NCBI GenBank assembly: GCA_001600815.1 | Contig: BCKZ01000002.1 | Span: forward strand, 496,001-560,000 | DNA: 64,000 nt | DNA from: Alloascoidea hylecoeti | Taxonomy: Eukaryota | Direction of reading: 5' to 3' | In this document: in pieces, positions 36,750 through 48,880 of the stretch | Layout: each line of letters opens with the position of its first letter | How positions within the stretch are numbered: position 1 is the first letter of the stretch | Notes under the pieces: model-generated | What the model saw: only the letters and a program-made list of their open reading frames with translations | What the model was told of the DNA's origin: nothing | Databases searched by the model: none | Program-made: the position numbers and the translations under genes

Positions 36750-37750
36750 CTGTCAGGTTCTCATGTATGTCATACCCGCCCCCTCTAGCCCACAATCTAC
36801 CGTGGTATTTCTGTTGCGAAATAAGACATTTGGGCCACAGTATATTTCGGAATTGGTCGATTAGACAGTTTATGCCATTTTTCTTCATCTCTTTCGATTG
36901 TGCAATCTAACGGTCGTTGTGTTGCATATGTGAGAGAAGTAACTGGTGTAAATAGGTCTTCATACTCATGATCATGTAATAGTGATGTGATTTATTCTGG
37001 TACATCTATAATATGTAAGGTCCAGGTTTGTGCTGGGTTATGATAATTGCTGATGCCTTTGAAGTTGTTTTTTTTTTTTGTGACGAATCCGATGTTGATT
37101 AAACAGGCAATAGCTCCTGAATTGATCAAGGTCTTTGGTGGGTACTTCACCGATATGAATGATGGTGATTGTGATTGGTAAACGCTCGGTGTTGGGTATT
37201 ACAGTTTTAATTACACATACATAAGAAGAAGTATATTTAAATTTTGATTCTTTTGTTCTCTACAACTTTGCGTATATTTTGTAAAAATGATCATTCTTCT
37301 TGTTGTAGATTCTGCTTTTTCCTCGGGAGTTTGTTATAGGCACAAATGAATTCTCTCTATACCACTATTACATACTACTCTACTGATACATGTATGCTAA
37401 CTTCTGCCAATTAGATCATGAAGTTTTGTAGTGATTTAATAAGTTTTAATTTCCAACCAAAACATCATTTTCTTTAGTATTTTTATCGTTGAGCAATCTT
37501 CAAATAGATGTAATATGTCATTTTAACCTTGTTGACATAAACTACAAATATCAGATTTTTTTGCGTCTTTATTATGATGTAACATATGAGTAACATATCC
37601 CAAGCTAAGCAAATATATCCATCGTATCTCCTCAGGGTGTTCCTTGCATGTTTCTTCGATAAATCTCCACCATTTTTTCCAATTTTCATCGTTTAGTTCC
37701 GGAATTAACTCCATCTAATTTTGTTTTTATTATACCACTTCTGGCTTATT
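36750..37750 (-). mobile_element. Decayed non-LTR retrotransposon (LINE ORF2 3' portion)
   Basis: Minus frame reads WKKWW...ICSLCQQG*NDILHLFEDCS, a CX2CX8HX4C zinc knuckle typical of the LINE ORF2 C-terminus, interrupted by a stop. Boundaries are approximate. Confidence 0.6.
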
Positions 37751-39460
37751 GATTTAATTGAGAAGAGCCACACCGAGTAATGTGGTGGGAGATCATACGT
37801 AAAACTATGGTGCTGTAATCTTTTTGAATTAAATATTTATAATAAAATATTAATATGCATAGGTAAAAAAGAAAAAAAAAATTTGGGATCTACCATTTGA
37901 CAATATATTTTCTCAGTCACAACGATGTTAATTAGATTTGAGATTATTGAATAGTGAATGGTTAGCCGCTGATTAATGGCTTCTTAATATGTTCTTTATT
38001 AATAAAATCTCAAATCTAACTAACATCGTTGTTTACAATGATGCCATTTACAAAAATCCCATCACTTTCGCTGGTTTCGGACTGAAGAAATATTTACCTC
38101 TTCAGAAGTTCCCGATGCTAACTGAACGCATGGAGGCCAAAATCAATTCGTCCCTTTTGATCGAAACACCCCTCAAAAACTTTTAACTTGGAAATTTTCC
38201 AACGTAATCTAAATATCCAATTAGCAGTTTTCCAAATCAAAGCTCCGTTATTCGATAAAGATACTCTTATTTCATCTACCTAAACAATATACTTTAATTA
38301 TGCAACTGTAATGGAAATTATTACCGAAGAAAGTAACAAGGAAAAAATTGCCTATGCATATGCACTCTTCTTACTCAAATCGGACAAATATGAATGTGCG
38401 ATTCTCTATTACATAATCAAACCAATCCAGATATGAGGTAGAACTAAGCTCAAAAATCAAACCCTGCATATTCTACAGAGAAACTGGTCACTCTATGGGT
38501 ACCTGCCCTTCTGCTCCATGCAAATAGTGTGGCAGATTCTACTTGGTATACGGTAGGTCTCAAGATAACCATGCGAGTTCTGCCCAGTTTCCTACATCAG
38601 AAGAAGCCAATCCATCTGGACCAGGTTTTTAGGGCGGAAAGATCTAGGGTGGACCTCAGGTCCATTGAGAAAGCTAAGGAAAACAATACAACATTAAAAA
38701 GTAATAATCTTCCAGAAAGAGGTAATAAAACTACATTTAAAACAAAGCCTGATCTCCTAAATATTTCTAATCCTCAAAATCCTTTCATTTCATTACATTA
38801 AGACACAAGATATCACCCATTCTTCTGATGTGAATATTATATATAGAGCAATTTATTCAAAAATCTTCAAAAATTGGTTTTCCTAGTAATCCTTCTATTG
38901 TTAGAGATTCAAACAATTCCAAAATGGATTGGTCTGATGATATCGACACCCAAGGGGATACCTCTGATATTGTTTATCTCGATTTCACGACATAATATAT
39001 TAAGACAACTCCCAGCCTTTCACAGGAGGCAGTGGTATCGTGTCTAATACAACAAATTTAAAATCTGAACTTACTAATATACATTCAAAATAATTCTAAT
39101 AGCACTGATATCATTATGAAGATGGTTAATCAAGAAAAAAATAGATTATCCAAGAAATACAAACAAAAATAGTTTAAATCACAGATTTGGTTTTTTTGTC
39201 AAATAAGCAAAAGAAAAGGGTAAAGTTGCGACTCGATACGACCAGTACTATAGCTAATCTGTAGAACCACTCATACAAATTGGTTATAAATAGGATCAAT
39301 GCTCACACAAAAATCAATTGGGAAGATTGGAAAACTTTATCACAAATCAATAGGAGAACCAGGATCAGTGGGCTCTATTCACAGATTAAATCTTAGAAAT
39401 TATTTTCACTAAGAATTCAAATCAAAAAAACATTTGAACGGTTCATTGAATAGGTGCATA

Positions 39461-39883
39461 CAGTATTTTGTGTTATTATCGACCACTTGTTGACCTCTAT
39501 ATTCCTCCGTATGAGAAACTATCCACCCACAGTTTAAATTGATAATTCAACCACCGTCTTACTTAAGTTCGGCCACTTTTATGTCCAACAAAATATGGTC
39601 ACAACTGGCCTTTCAAAATCTTAAAAACTATTAAGAGAAAACTAAATTCACATTGAGAATGTTAAGACATTATATAGTTTCGAAACACCAATTGTGGGAA
39701 TATTTTGTTGGAGATGAAGGTGGTCAAATATTTAATGCACGGTAGCCGAACCTAAGTGGGAAGCTAGTCGAATATTATTACATCATATGGTTTAATTATT
39801 AGGTTAAACCGTGGGTGAATCTGTTTTTTGAATACGGGCGAATATAGAGGTCAACGAGTTGTCGATATTAACGAAAAGTACTG
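39461..39883. mobile_element. MITE (Tc1/pogo-type, TA|CAGTA terminus) with long imperfect TIRs
   Basis: 39461-39537 is the reverse complement of 39804-39883 (shared GAATATAGAGGTCAAC.AGT.GTCGATA.TAAC..AAA.TACTG). Inner ACTTAAGTTCGGCCAC pairs with GTAGCCGAACCTAAGT. Confidence 0.8.
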
Positions 39884-41039
39884 GACTCCATAGAGTTCAT
39901 AGTACATGTGTCTTTTAGGATCATAGTTAAATAACTGATCATGGTTATTAATTATTGAATTTGATTGATTAATAAATTAATAGGTTGGTATTGATATATA
40001 TATCGATATCAAGATTACTTACAATTGATCTAAATATATAAGATGTAAGCTTGTTCGAATGCAATCACCAGCTTAAGTTTGGAATTCAAAAAGCATATGA
40101 TAAAGTCTCCAGTCGTATGGTAATAATTCCATAGCTGATGTATTATGTATTAAAATCATGATCATGTTAGCTGCCATAATATAGCTGGATGTAGTGAATG
40201 CTCTAAGACTTAATTATACTGTTACATGGCGTATACGTATATTATGATATAACTATCATCATTCGGAATTATGTCGAAGTATTATCTCTATTACAGCGAA
40301 CATCATGTGTCTACCATTTAAAGAATGTAAGTAGTATACAGTAACATAAAACGAAAACGTGAACTACTGATTTAGTTATTGGCGCAATTTCACATTCGTT
40401 ACTTCATTTTCTAACTATTAACTAGCACAAGCTTGGCATTTTAGTAGCAAATAAGTTACTGGCGGAACTTCTTTAGAGGTTAGAGATATAGATAGAAAGA
40501 AAAAATGGTATATAATATTGATCGTATAAAAAAGGGCATAATTACATTGAAAAAGTGTGCAAATTAGCTTGTCTCAATAGTTTTGGCATCCAATATACTT
40601 CACCGTATTCGTATGTTATGATACAATGAAAAAAATTCAGATGTTACTCTCCAAACTTTCAGTTTTGATTGTGAATTATTCGAAAATAAATAATGAGAAA
40701 TTTCATCCGATATATTTTAGAAGGTTATAATTTTGATACTACATGATTGCAAATCTCAAATTCTACAAAACGACATAAATTATTAGTTGAAATTAAGCTC
40801 AAATTTAAAAACAATGTTAATATTATTAAATAATGTATACTTTTATATATAGATGTGTATAATAAAAAATTTAGATTTATATGAAGAGAAAACAAAGTAT
40901 TATAATGCCATACCATAAAAACAAATTAAATTAACACTAATGCGGATTTTTTGTTGTTATTAACATTGCAATTGCTAAAAACTGTGTGTGTGTGAGATTA
41001 TATAAAATTGCAAAAAAGAAAGCCAATATTAGTATGGAA

Positions 41040-42518
41040 TTAAATAATATCACCATATTTAATTTCAACATTCTTCAAATGTTGTAAACCTTCTCCATCA
41101 TAACTGGTTAATGAAGAAATTTCAATACCCGGATATTTGGAATCATCTCCAATTATAATAGCACCTGCAGCTTGTGCCCATTTTTTACCTAATTTCAATA
41201 CACTTTCTCTTGAAGTGGTTGGATTATCATTTGAAGCTGAATCACTATTTTTTAATGGTGAAAATTCTTCATCTCTTAATACTTCTAAACAGACGAATTT
41301 ATCTAATGTAACATTAGGGAAGACATCAAAAACAAATTGTTCCAATTTAATACCATTTGGTGATGAAGGTTTAACTAAAATTTCTGATTTGAAATCATAA
41401 TATGGAATTTTTTTATTTGCAATATGGAAAGGTAAATGAGAGGATTTCCAAGTTGGTATATCAAGTAGAAATTTAGCACTATAATAATGATTGACAATAT
41501 TAGCGGCTCTAAAGGATAAAATTTCTGGATTGAAATCATCTGGTTTAGATGATAAACTTTCAGGCATTTCTGAATATTCTATAACAAATGGAGATTTCTT
41601 TTCGGAATTATAAACAATTAAACCGACAGATTCAGCAGCGCTTCTTTTTCTGACAACTTTTGTACCAATATCAACATTTCTTTCAGCTGAAAACCCAATA
41701 AAAGTTGGATCAGCAACACGAACTAAACAATTATCGACACAGTAGGCGTGTAAATGTTCGATTCCTCGATCTTTGATATCATCTAAAATTCCATTGACAT
41801 GTAAAGCTCTATAAAGACCACCATTTCCGTCCGGTGCAACTGCAATTTTAGAAGGGGATTCCATAATAATCTTTTCACCTGCAGTATCGAAACATGGTAA
41901 AACACCTTGTGAAAAAAAGATGACATTTTCAGGTTTTAAACCAAAATAATTATTATCAATAAAAAATTGTTCAGTTGGCTGTCTTGTTGGACCAGACGTC
42001 ATAATATACCATGGGATGACGACTTCTTCACTTAAATCTGGGAACAGGGATTTGGCAGATTGTTGCAATTTTAGGATTCTTTCGGCCTGTAACTGAAATA
42101 AAGATTTATGACTTGGTAAACCGACATCATAACAACCCTTTGGATCGGCACTGCCGAGTCTGGTTCCTTGACCACCAGCCATCAAAATGACACCTACTTT
42201 ATTTGAAGCCAATAGTTTCATACCATAAGATTTCCACTTGGCAATTTCCTCCTTCGAGGAATCTAAAATAGAAGCAGTTTGCTCCGGGCCCAAAGGTTTA
42301 ATAACATCTTCAGATAGGTTTTCTGCGTTTTCCATATCCTTAAGTGCTCCCTTAACTAGCTTGGTTAATTCCACTGGATTTTCAATCTTGGATAGTTGTG
42401 AAACCAACTCTTGACGGTGTACAGGAGACAAATTGTCCCAATGCTTGAAAAGATGTCCCTGGTTAGCAGCCTCAAATTGGGCTTTAAGGGCAGAAGGGTT
42501 TATTTGGTCGACAGTCAT
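41040..42518 (-). CDS. QRI1: UDP-N-acetylglucosamine pyrophosphorylase
   Basis: MAGGQGTRLGSADPKGCYD, PWYIMTS, APDGNGGLY, CVDNCL, KLEQFVFDVF and EEFSPLKN motifs. Confidence 0.96.
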   Translation of the reverse strand: MTVDQINPSALKAQFEAANQGHLFKHWDNLSPVHRQELVSQLSKIENPVELTKLVKGALKDMENAENLSEDVIKPLGPEQTASILDSSKEEIAKWKSYGMKLLASNKVGVILMAGGQGTRLGSADPKGCYDVGLPSHKSLFQLQAERILKLQQSAKSLFPDLSEEVVIPWYIMTSGPTRQPTEQFFIDNNYFGLKPENVIFFSQGVLPCFDTAGEKIIMESPSKIAVAPDGNGGLYRALHVNGILDDIKDRGIEHLHAYCVDNCLVRVADPTFIGFSAERNVDIGTKVVRKRSAAESVGLIVYNSEKKSPFVIEYSEMPESLSSKPDDFNPEILSFRAANIVNHYYSAKFLLDIPTWKSSHLPFHIANKKIPYYDFKSEILVKPSSPNGIKLEQFVFDVFPNVTLDKFVCLEVLRDEEFSPLKNSDSASNDNPTTSRESVLKLGKKWAQAAGAIIIGDDSKYPGIEISSLTSYDGEGLQHLKNVEIKYGDII

Positions 42519-42756
42519 AATGTATTTTGTTATTTTTAAGGAAAAGAAAAGAGGTTTGAAGAGTATCTTATATATAATAAAAAAGGGCGCTGAAATGGTG
42601 CCTAAAAATAAACACTGCCATTTCTAGAAAAATGCGCTATCCATGCAATTATGTGCACGTGGATGTCCTAATAATACATTTCTTTACAATTATGAAAAAA
42701 AAAGTTCAAAATGGAGGTGAATGGACTCTATAGTTATATATTATAGTATTATATGC

Positions 42757-43936
42757 TTACTTTTGCTCATCAACAGGACTTTCTTTGGACTCATCCTTCT
42801 GCTTTTGTTTATGTTTTTGTTTCTCCCTTTTCTCTGCATGTTCCTTTCGTCGTTTCTCCAATTCAACCTCTTTTTCTGCCAACAAATCCTTTAAAGACTC
42901 AGAAGTAGTGTATGGGTCAACCAGAATGTCAAATATTTGTTCCTCGGTCAAACCAGATACCCCTGGAAAAAAATTATTTTCTGGTAATTGTGGATTCCAC
43001 AAACCTTTCTTAGATCCATCTGCCATAATCATTCTCAAAAATGGGCGTCTTATTTGATCCAGGAATCCCTTAGCATACTTAAGCTCAGGATCACAGAGTT
43101 GCATTGCAGCCGTTAGTGTATAATAAGCATCGTTACCTTTATATGTAATAGAATGTTAGATGAATATATAATGGAGTAGATTTTAAAGCCATCTTACCTG
43201 CATTGTGTAAAAAACTATGGGGTATACCCAGTACTCTCAGCACGTAATCTAGATTAGACTTCCCCTTTTTAGAGATGCTTTTCCAAACCTTCAGAGTATC
43301 AACTATAGGTACATCTGTGGGAATCTCAATGTCTAAAATTCGAAGAAGTTGAATATCACCTTTGAAATCATGACCAACGAACGCGATTTCAGTCTTGCGA
43401 TTGGTATCATTATTAGAAGAAGGTCTATATGCATTGAGAATATCTTGGAAAATATACTTTAACTTAGAGGAGCTAACAATTATCGAAGGGCCGTTTAAAA
43501 AGTTGTGTTTATTATCAGGTACATATTTTCCATTCATATGTTTTATATTCTCTTCTATAATGAAATGGTATGACCGTATGTCTGGAAAAATTGCATGCTG
43601 TTGATGTCTTGAATCATAAATAGCTATGCCTAATTCTGTAATTACATTCTTACCCATTTCAAATGCTTCTAAATCGATTGATATAAAAACGGTCTTCTTC
43701 TCTTTAAAGAGTTTGCAGGCCCTTATTGTATCCAAAATATCACGATGAATATGATCTTTATAAGAATCGGATGTTTTTTTTAATTTCTTCTTTCCTTGGT
43801 TTTGTCTTTTGGGACTGTTAAACCTCTTATTATCATGTAGAATTTGTGACGATGAATTCTTCGAACTCTCTCCTGTAATTGTGTTTGCTTCAATAGAAAG
43901 GTAATGAATAGCTCTCCTAGATATATTCTCATCCAT
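42757..43936 (-). CDS. Gfd2/YDR514C/QIP-like DEDD 3'-5' exonuclease-fold protein; exons 43936-43198 and 43136-42757
   Basis: Motifs FISIDLEAFE, TELGIA and FVGHDFKGDI. A 61-nt intron (GTAAGA...TCTAAC...AAG) restores LHNAG|NDAYYTL. Confidence 0.85.
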
Positions 43937-43951
43937 CTTGAAAGACTATGA

Positions 43952-43952
<1 letters not shown>

Positions 43953-43998
<46 letters not shown>
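43953..43998. repeat. (TAT)n microsatellite just upstream of the GFD2-like ATG
   Basis: About 15 ATT units, read directly. Confidence 0.9.
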
Positions 43999-43999
<1 letters not shown>

Positions 44000-44150
44000 C
44001 TAGAACCGAGTGTTGGTTTATGATATGATTATTACCTATTAGAAGATCCGGGAAAGATAGAACTGAGCTCGAGAGTTATATTCTCCAAGTTATTCCATTA
44101 CATCCATACACCTATTTTTTATATGAAAATATCTATTATACTTGTAAAAA

Positions 44151-45236
44151 TTATTTATATGTGTCTTTTGCCCTGAAGATTTGTAGATTCTTGGTAACTT
44201 TTTCAGACATTGTCTTTTCTCCCTCTCTAACCCAAACACGAGGATCAAAGTATTTCTTATTTGGTTTATCCTCACCTTCTGGATTGCCTACAGAAGATAA
44301 TATGTAGTCCTTCTTTTTCAAAACATAATCACGTATTCCAGTCAAATAGGCATACTGGGTATCAGTATCAATATTTACCTTCACGGCGCCATTATCAATT
44401 GCTTTCAAAAAATCAGCGTCGTCCGAACCAGATCCACCATGAAATACTAAAAATATTGGTTTTTCTTCCTTGGATCCGGTTTGATCTTTTGTGTACTTTT
44501 GGTGAACGGCAAGCATCTCTGGTCTTAACTTAACATTTCCTGGCTTATATACACCATGAACGTTTCCAAATGCAGCAGCTATTGAAAAATTTGGTGAAAT
44601 TGGTGCCAATGCCTCGTAAACAGAGTAGACAGTTTCTGGTGTTGTGTAAAGTGTGTCGTTATCTGCATCTTCATTGTCAACACCATCCTCTTCTCCTCCC
44701 GTAATTCCTATTTCCATCTCAAGCCATTGTCCCATTTTGGCGGCTCTTTTGAAGTATTTCGCTGTTGTTTCAATGTTATAATCATCAATCTCAGCTGATA
44801 AATCAATCATATGGGATGAATACAATGGTTCTCCATGTTCTTTAAAATAAGCTTCATCTGCTTCCAACATACCATCAAGCCACGGAAGTAGTTTCTTTGC
44901 ACAGTGATCGGTGTGTAAGATGACCGGAATACCATAGGCAGGAGCAATGGATCTGATGTAATGTGCTGCAGCGATTGCACCTTGAATTGAAGCTATTTGG
45001 TCTGTGTTATCGACACCTTTCCCAGCAAAATAAGCAGCACCACCTTGGCTGATTTGAAGCATAGCAGGAGAATTGCTATCCCTTGCTGCCTCCAAAACTG
45101 CAACAACGGTTGATGAAGATGTGACATTTACAGATGGTAGGGCAAACTTATGATCTTGGGCGTATTTAAAGAGGTTATAAACATCTTCACCCACAATAAC
45201 ACCAGTTTTTCGTTTTAAAATATCGTACACTGTCAT
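44151..45236 (-). CDS. FBA1: Class II fructose-1,6-bisphosphate aldolase
   Basis: LKRKTGVIVGEDV, HTDHCAKKLLPW, EMEIGITGGEEDGVDN, FGNVHGVY and VFHGGSG motifs. The ATG is at 45236. Confidence 0.97.
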   Translation of the reverse strand: MTVYDILKRKTGVIVGEDVYNLFKYAQDHKFALPSVNVTSSSTVVAVLEAARDSNSPAMLQISQGGAAYFAGKGVDNTDQIASIQGAIAAAHYIRSIAPAYGIPVILHTDHCAKKLLPWLDGMLEADEAYFKEHGEPLYSSHMIDLSAEIDDYNIETTAKYFKRAAKMGQWLEMEIGITGGEEDGVDNEDADNDTLYTTPETVYSVYEALAPISPNFSIAAAFGNVHGVYKPGNVKLRPEMLAVHQKYTKDQTGSKEEKPIFLVFHGGSGSDDADFLKAIDNGAVKVNIDTDTQYAYLTGIRDYVLKKKDYILSSVGNPEGEDKPNKKYFDPRVWVREGEKTMSEKVTKNLQIFRAKDTYK

Positions 45237-48200
45237 TTTGTTTATTATATGTTCAATATAATTCAATGGCTTTTCCAAAATATTTTAATTAATGATATAT
45301 TCGGACGGTTTAATTCATATATATTTATATATCTTATAGATGTTGCGTAGGTATACGTCATTTGCAGCAATATTTAATTAAATTATAGTCTAAATATTCT
45401 AGAATAATCATTGGGATTACCTCATAAATACGCCTCTATGCATTACTGCGTTGCGATTATCTATCTATAAATATAAAATTTTTTATCTGAATTGTTCGAT
45501 CTGGGCGTTGTGTTATAATTACAAATTTATTCCCAGGGCCTGTTCTGATTTTTATAATTAGTGACGGTTTACGCACGAACAATATTAATAAAGATGCATC
45601 ATTACCGATGTTTACCATCAATATCACCTTAAATATTTATATAGATTATTATAACTTGCTGTCAATTATAAGAACTTGTAAAGGATCGCCTTTGTGAGAC
45701 AAAGAAACCCTTAGGAAAATGAAATAGAGATAAAATAAAATTGATGGGTGGATACTTCAGTTTATATACTAGTAAGTATAAAAATAGATAATTATAGGTA
45801 CAAATAAATAACAACAATATTAAATATTACACTAGTAGTGTGAAAAAGAATGTTTATTGAGTGGAGAAAAATGAGAAAGAAATTGTATGCCTATAGCTCC
45901 ATTTTTATTAATATTCATTTTTGAACCTTTATTATATCGGGAAGTCACCTTTGACAAGCTTTGGAATATATAAGTACCGGTATAAACATCAATAGGCAGT
46001 ATATGTCAAAAATAAAAAAACTAGTTATAAAGAACGAGCCCAGTGTTAATACACTTTCTATTAATTAGTTACATTGTAAATATACCCACAGCGAAAAGTT
46101 CCCTTGTTTTTGCTAAATCGATTAAGCTAGATCTAGGAATTTAGAAGGTTAGATAAGTATTAATATATTCTTAATATATAATGATTCAATTTCTTGTCGA
46201 TTCTTCTAGAATTAGGTAGAACTGGTATTGGCGATTCTTGGGACTGATTCCTTATGTGGATTATATCGGTAGGGTTAAAGACTATGATGTACAACTCGTA
46301 CTTGTACTTGCTCCCCGATATCTCTGCAAAACTATTTTTGAAATAAAAGAGGGGTTTGCTAATAGCTAATCACAGATAAGACAGAGATGAACGAAGTAAT
46401 AAATGAGTTATGATTATCGTATTGTATGTTTTGTTGTTAACGACAAGGTTTAATGTTTTCAATCAATATTTTCAATACACTCCACGCCTTTTCCTAGTAC
46501 TTGAGTGCCTATATCGTTCTCAATTCTTCAAAAGGGACATTCTCTTTCTGTACTGTAGTCATTTTAACTACCTACTATATATCGTTTATAATTATAATGG
46601 TATAAAAAGAAACTTTATTATTGTTCATTTTCTATCTGATAAGTTTATAAGGGACTAAAAGATCGCAATATTGCATTTACATGTATATATCTTTTATGTT
46701 GTTATATTTGCAATATTACCTACACAAATATTCTTAATTAACATTAATTTACTCTTGCTAATTATCATTGAAGATAAATTCATAATTACTCGTTGAAATT
46801 AGTGGGATAAGGTGAAAATTACTATTTCGGTGGTATTTACTGATAGGTTGAAGTAATATTTGCTTGTATCGTCTTTGTTGATTGAAGTTTTCTGGTGGCG
46901 CATTTGATAATAGAATTATTGAAGTAATACCTAGCGGTTCTATAAACTAATGAAGTTATATCATGGATGTTTTATTTTTCTTATTTCTTGCATTTATATC
47001 ATAATGGTATTAATATTACAATTGCATGAAATTGGTTTAATTGGTCGGAATATATTCTATTTCCTTAAAACTACGACTAATTTTCATTGTTAACTTCGAA
47101 TTCAATATACTACAGCTAACTATGTAACTAAGTTGCCGGATTTTCATACGCTTGGGTGTAATATTATAGTGATATGTCATATTCGGTATATGATGTGGTT
47201 CCTTTTTCCTTAAAAAAAGAAAGAATTTCACATTTTTCACAATCTTTAAACAATAAGATAGATCTGTTACATATAGATCGTGTTTGGAAAAGTTTCAGAA
47301 ATAAACTGCAGTTAATCTTAAGCTTGTTATTAGATTAGTGGATGAGAACAGAGAATCAATCCCATTAATTTTATCAAGACCGCGTGGAATGGATAACATA
47401 ATTTATAATTAGTGGTATGGTTTAATCCCAAATTCTTTTCATCTAGTGTTAGTGCTTATACCGGTATACAGTCATTTTTATAGTTTCTTAAGCCTTCCTT
47501 TTATGCGATTCATGTCAATGAAAATTATATTTCTTTCCCCTCTATATAGACAACTGTTCTTTTATTAAGATTTTCACTTTTTTGATAAGATATTTACTAA
47601 TTTATATAATGTTGAAAACATTTTTATGCGATTATAATTATCCCCAATTGCAAGAATAACAACTTCTGCCTATATATGCATAGGCGTACTTCCCAAAGTT
47701 ACCATTTCTATTGAATGTATTGATTTCACTGTTTAATATAAGCTACTATCACTAGTTATTACTATAAATACACCATAGTCTTGATTTCACAGATTTTGCT
47801 CTATTTTTATAATTACAAGTAGACATGTAGAACCGCCTGGTCCCATTTTTTCCGAACAAAAATAGCTCCTGTTAAACTTAGTCCATTTTATCTCTTCCTC
47901 TATGTAGTTCTGTATAGTTGCAATCCCATATTTCCCTTCTAATGAATACATCAAGCTCCCAGTAAAGTCTATCGTGAGTATATATATACCTATTTTATCT
48001 CTTAATTTTGATTTCTTGGCTCTAACTAGTGTATAAAATTTGCATCTGGAATAAGCGCCCACTGAATTCGAATGTGTATGAAACCATTTTATAGCCATTT
48101 TTAGGCTTAAATATGAAAAAATTATACATCATATTATTGCCATTAAATTTGTAAATTGAGTAACATATACATTTAGATTTGCTTAACTTAGTTTGAGATT

Positions 48201-48338
48201 GAGAAAGATATAAATATATTTATAACTAACACTTTAAACTACATGTTGATATATCTAACTATACGTATACCGGTATGACTATGCAGTAATATATCTTTTT
48301 TATTTAAAGTAATTTCAGAATCACAGTCACAGCTTATA

Positions 48339-48880
48339 CAGTAGTATATCAGGTGTTACACCATTTTAGCCTAAAAAACAAGTTATAAGCATAAAATCTT
48401 GATTAAAGACAAATTCTTAAGGATATATTTCCAAATAAAATAGAAATCACATTCCTCAACCTGTTAAAGTATCACTGGAGATAATTCTAATAGTCAATAT
48501 ACCCTCCTTTTGCTTCAATAGCTAGTTCTAGTTGCTTTGGCATGGATGTGTTGGCCAATTTTGTGCTTGTGTCATGGGTTTTAAATGGGATTTAGGTATG
48601 AAGAGCACAGAGGTCAAGACCGTTGTTCCACTTGATTTTCTTCCAAAATCAGTCTAGTGTTTTCTGAATTGTGTATTGGAGCACTGTATCTTTGAAAAAG
48701 TACAATCTTCAAAGGCGTTAATAAAGGGGATTAATATCCGTTTCATACTTCTTTTATACACCAATCTGAATTAATTTTTCCCCATTTTCAAAGCAAACCA
48801 ATTGTGACCTTTCGCCACTTCTAAACACTCCTAATACCATCACGGTAATCATATGTATTTCTTATTTCCGAAATAGCCAA
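48339..48880 (-). mobile_element. Second, more decayed copy of the same Tc1 family (3' half)
   Basis: Minus frames give VMVLGVFRSGERSQLV..APIHNS..LNPI..SMPKQLELAIEAKGGYIDY* (stop at 48487). The 18-nt TTTAATCAAGATTTTATG is shared with 14149-14166. A TA|CAGT end lies at 48339, about the same distance from the stop as in copy 1. Confidence 0.8.

Noticed and set aside
46200..46600. Minus-strand ECPF*RIEND text as a second LINE zinc-knuckle relic
   Set aside because: Too degenerate to support.
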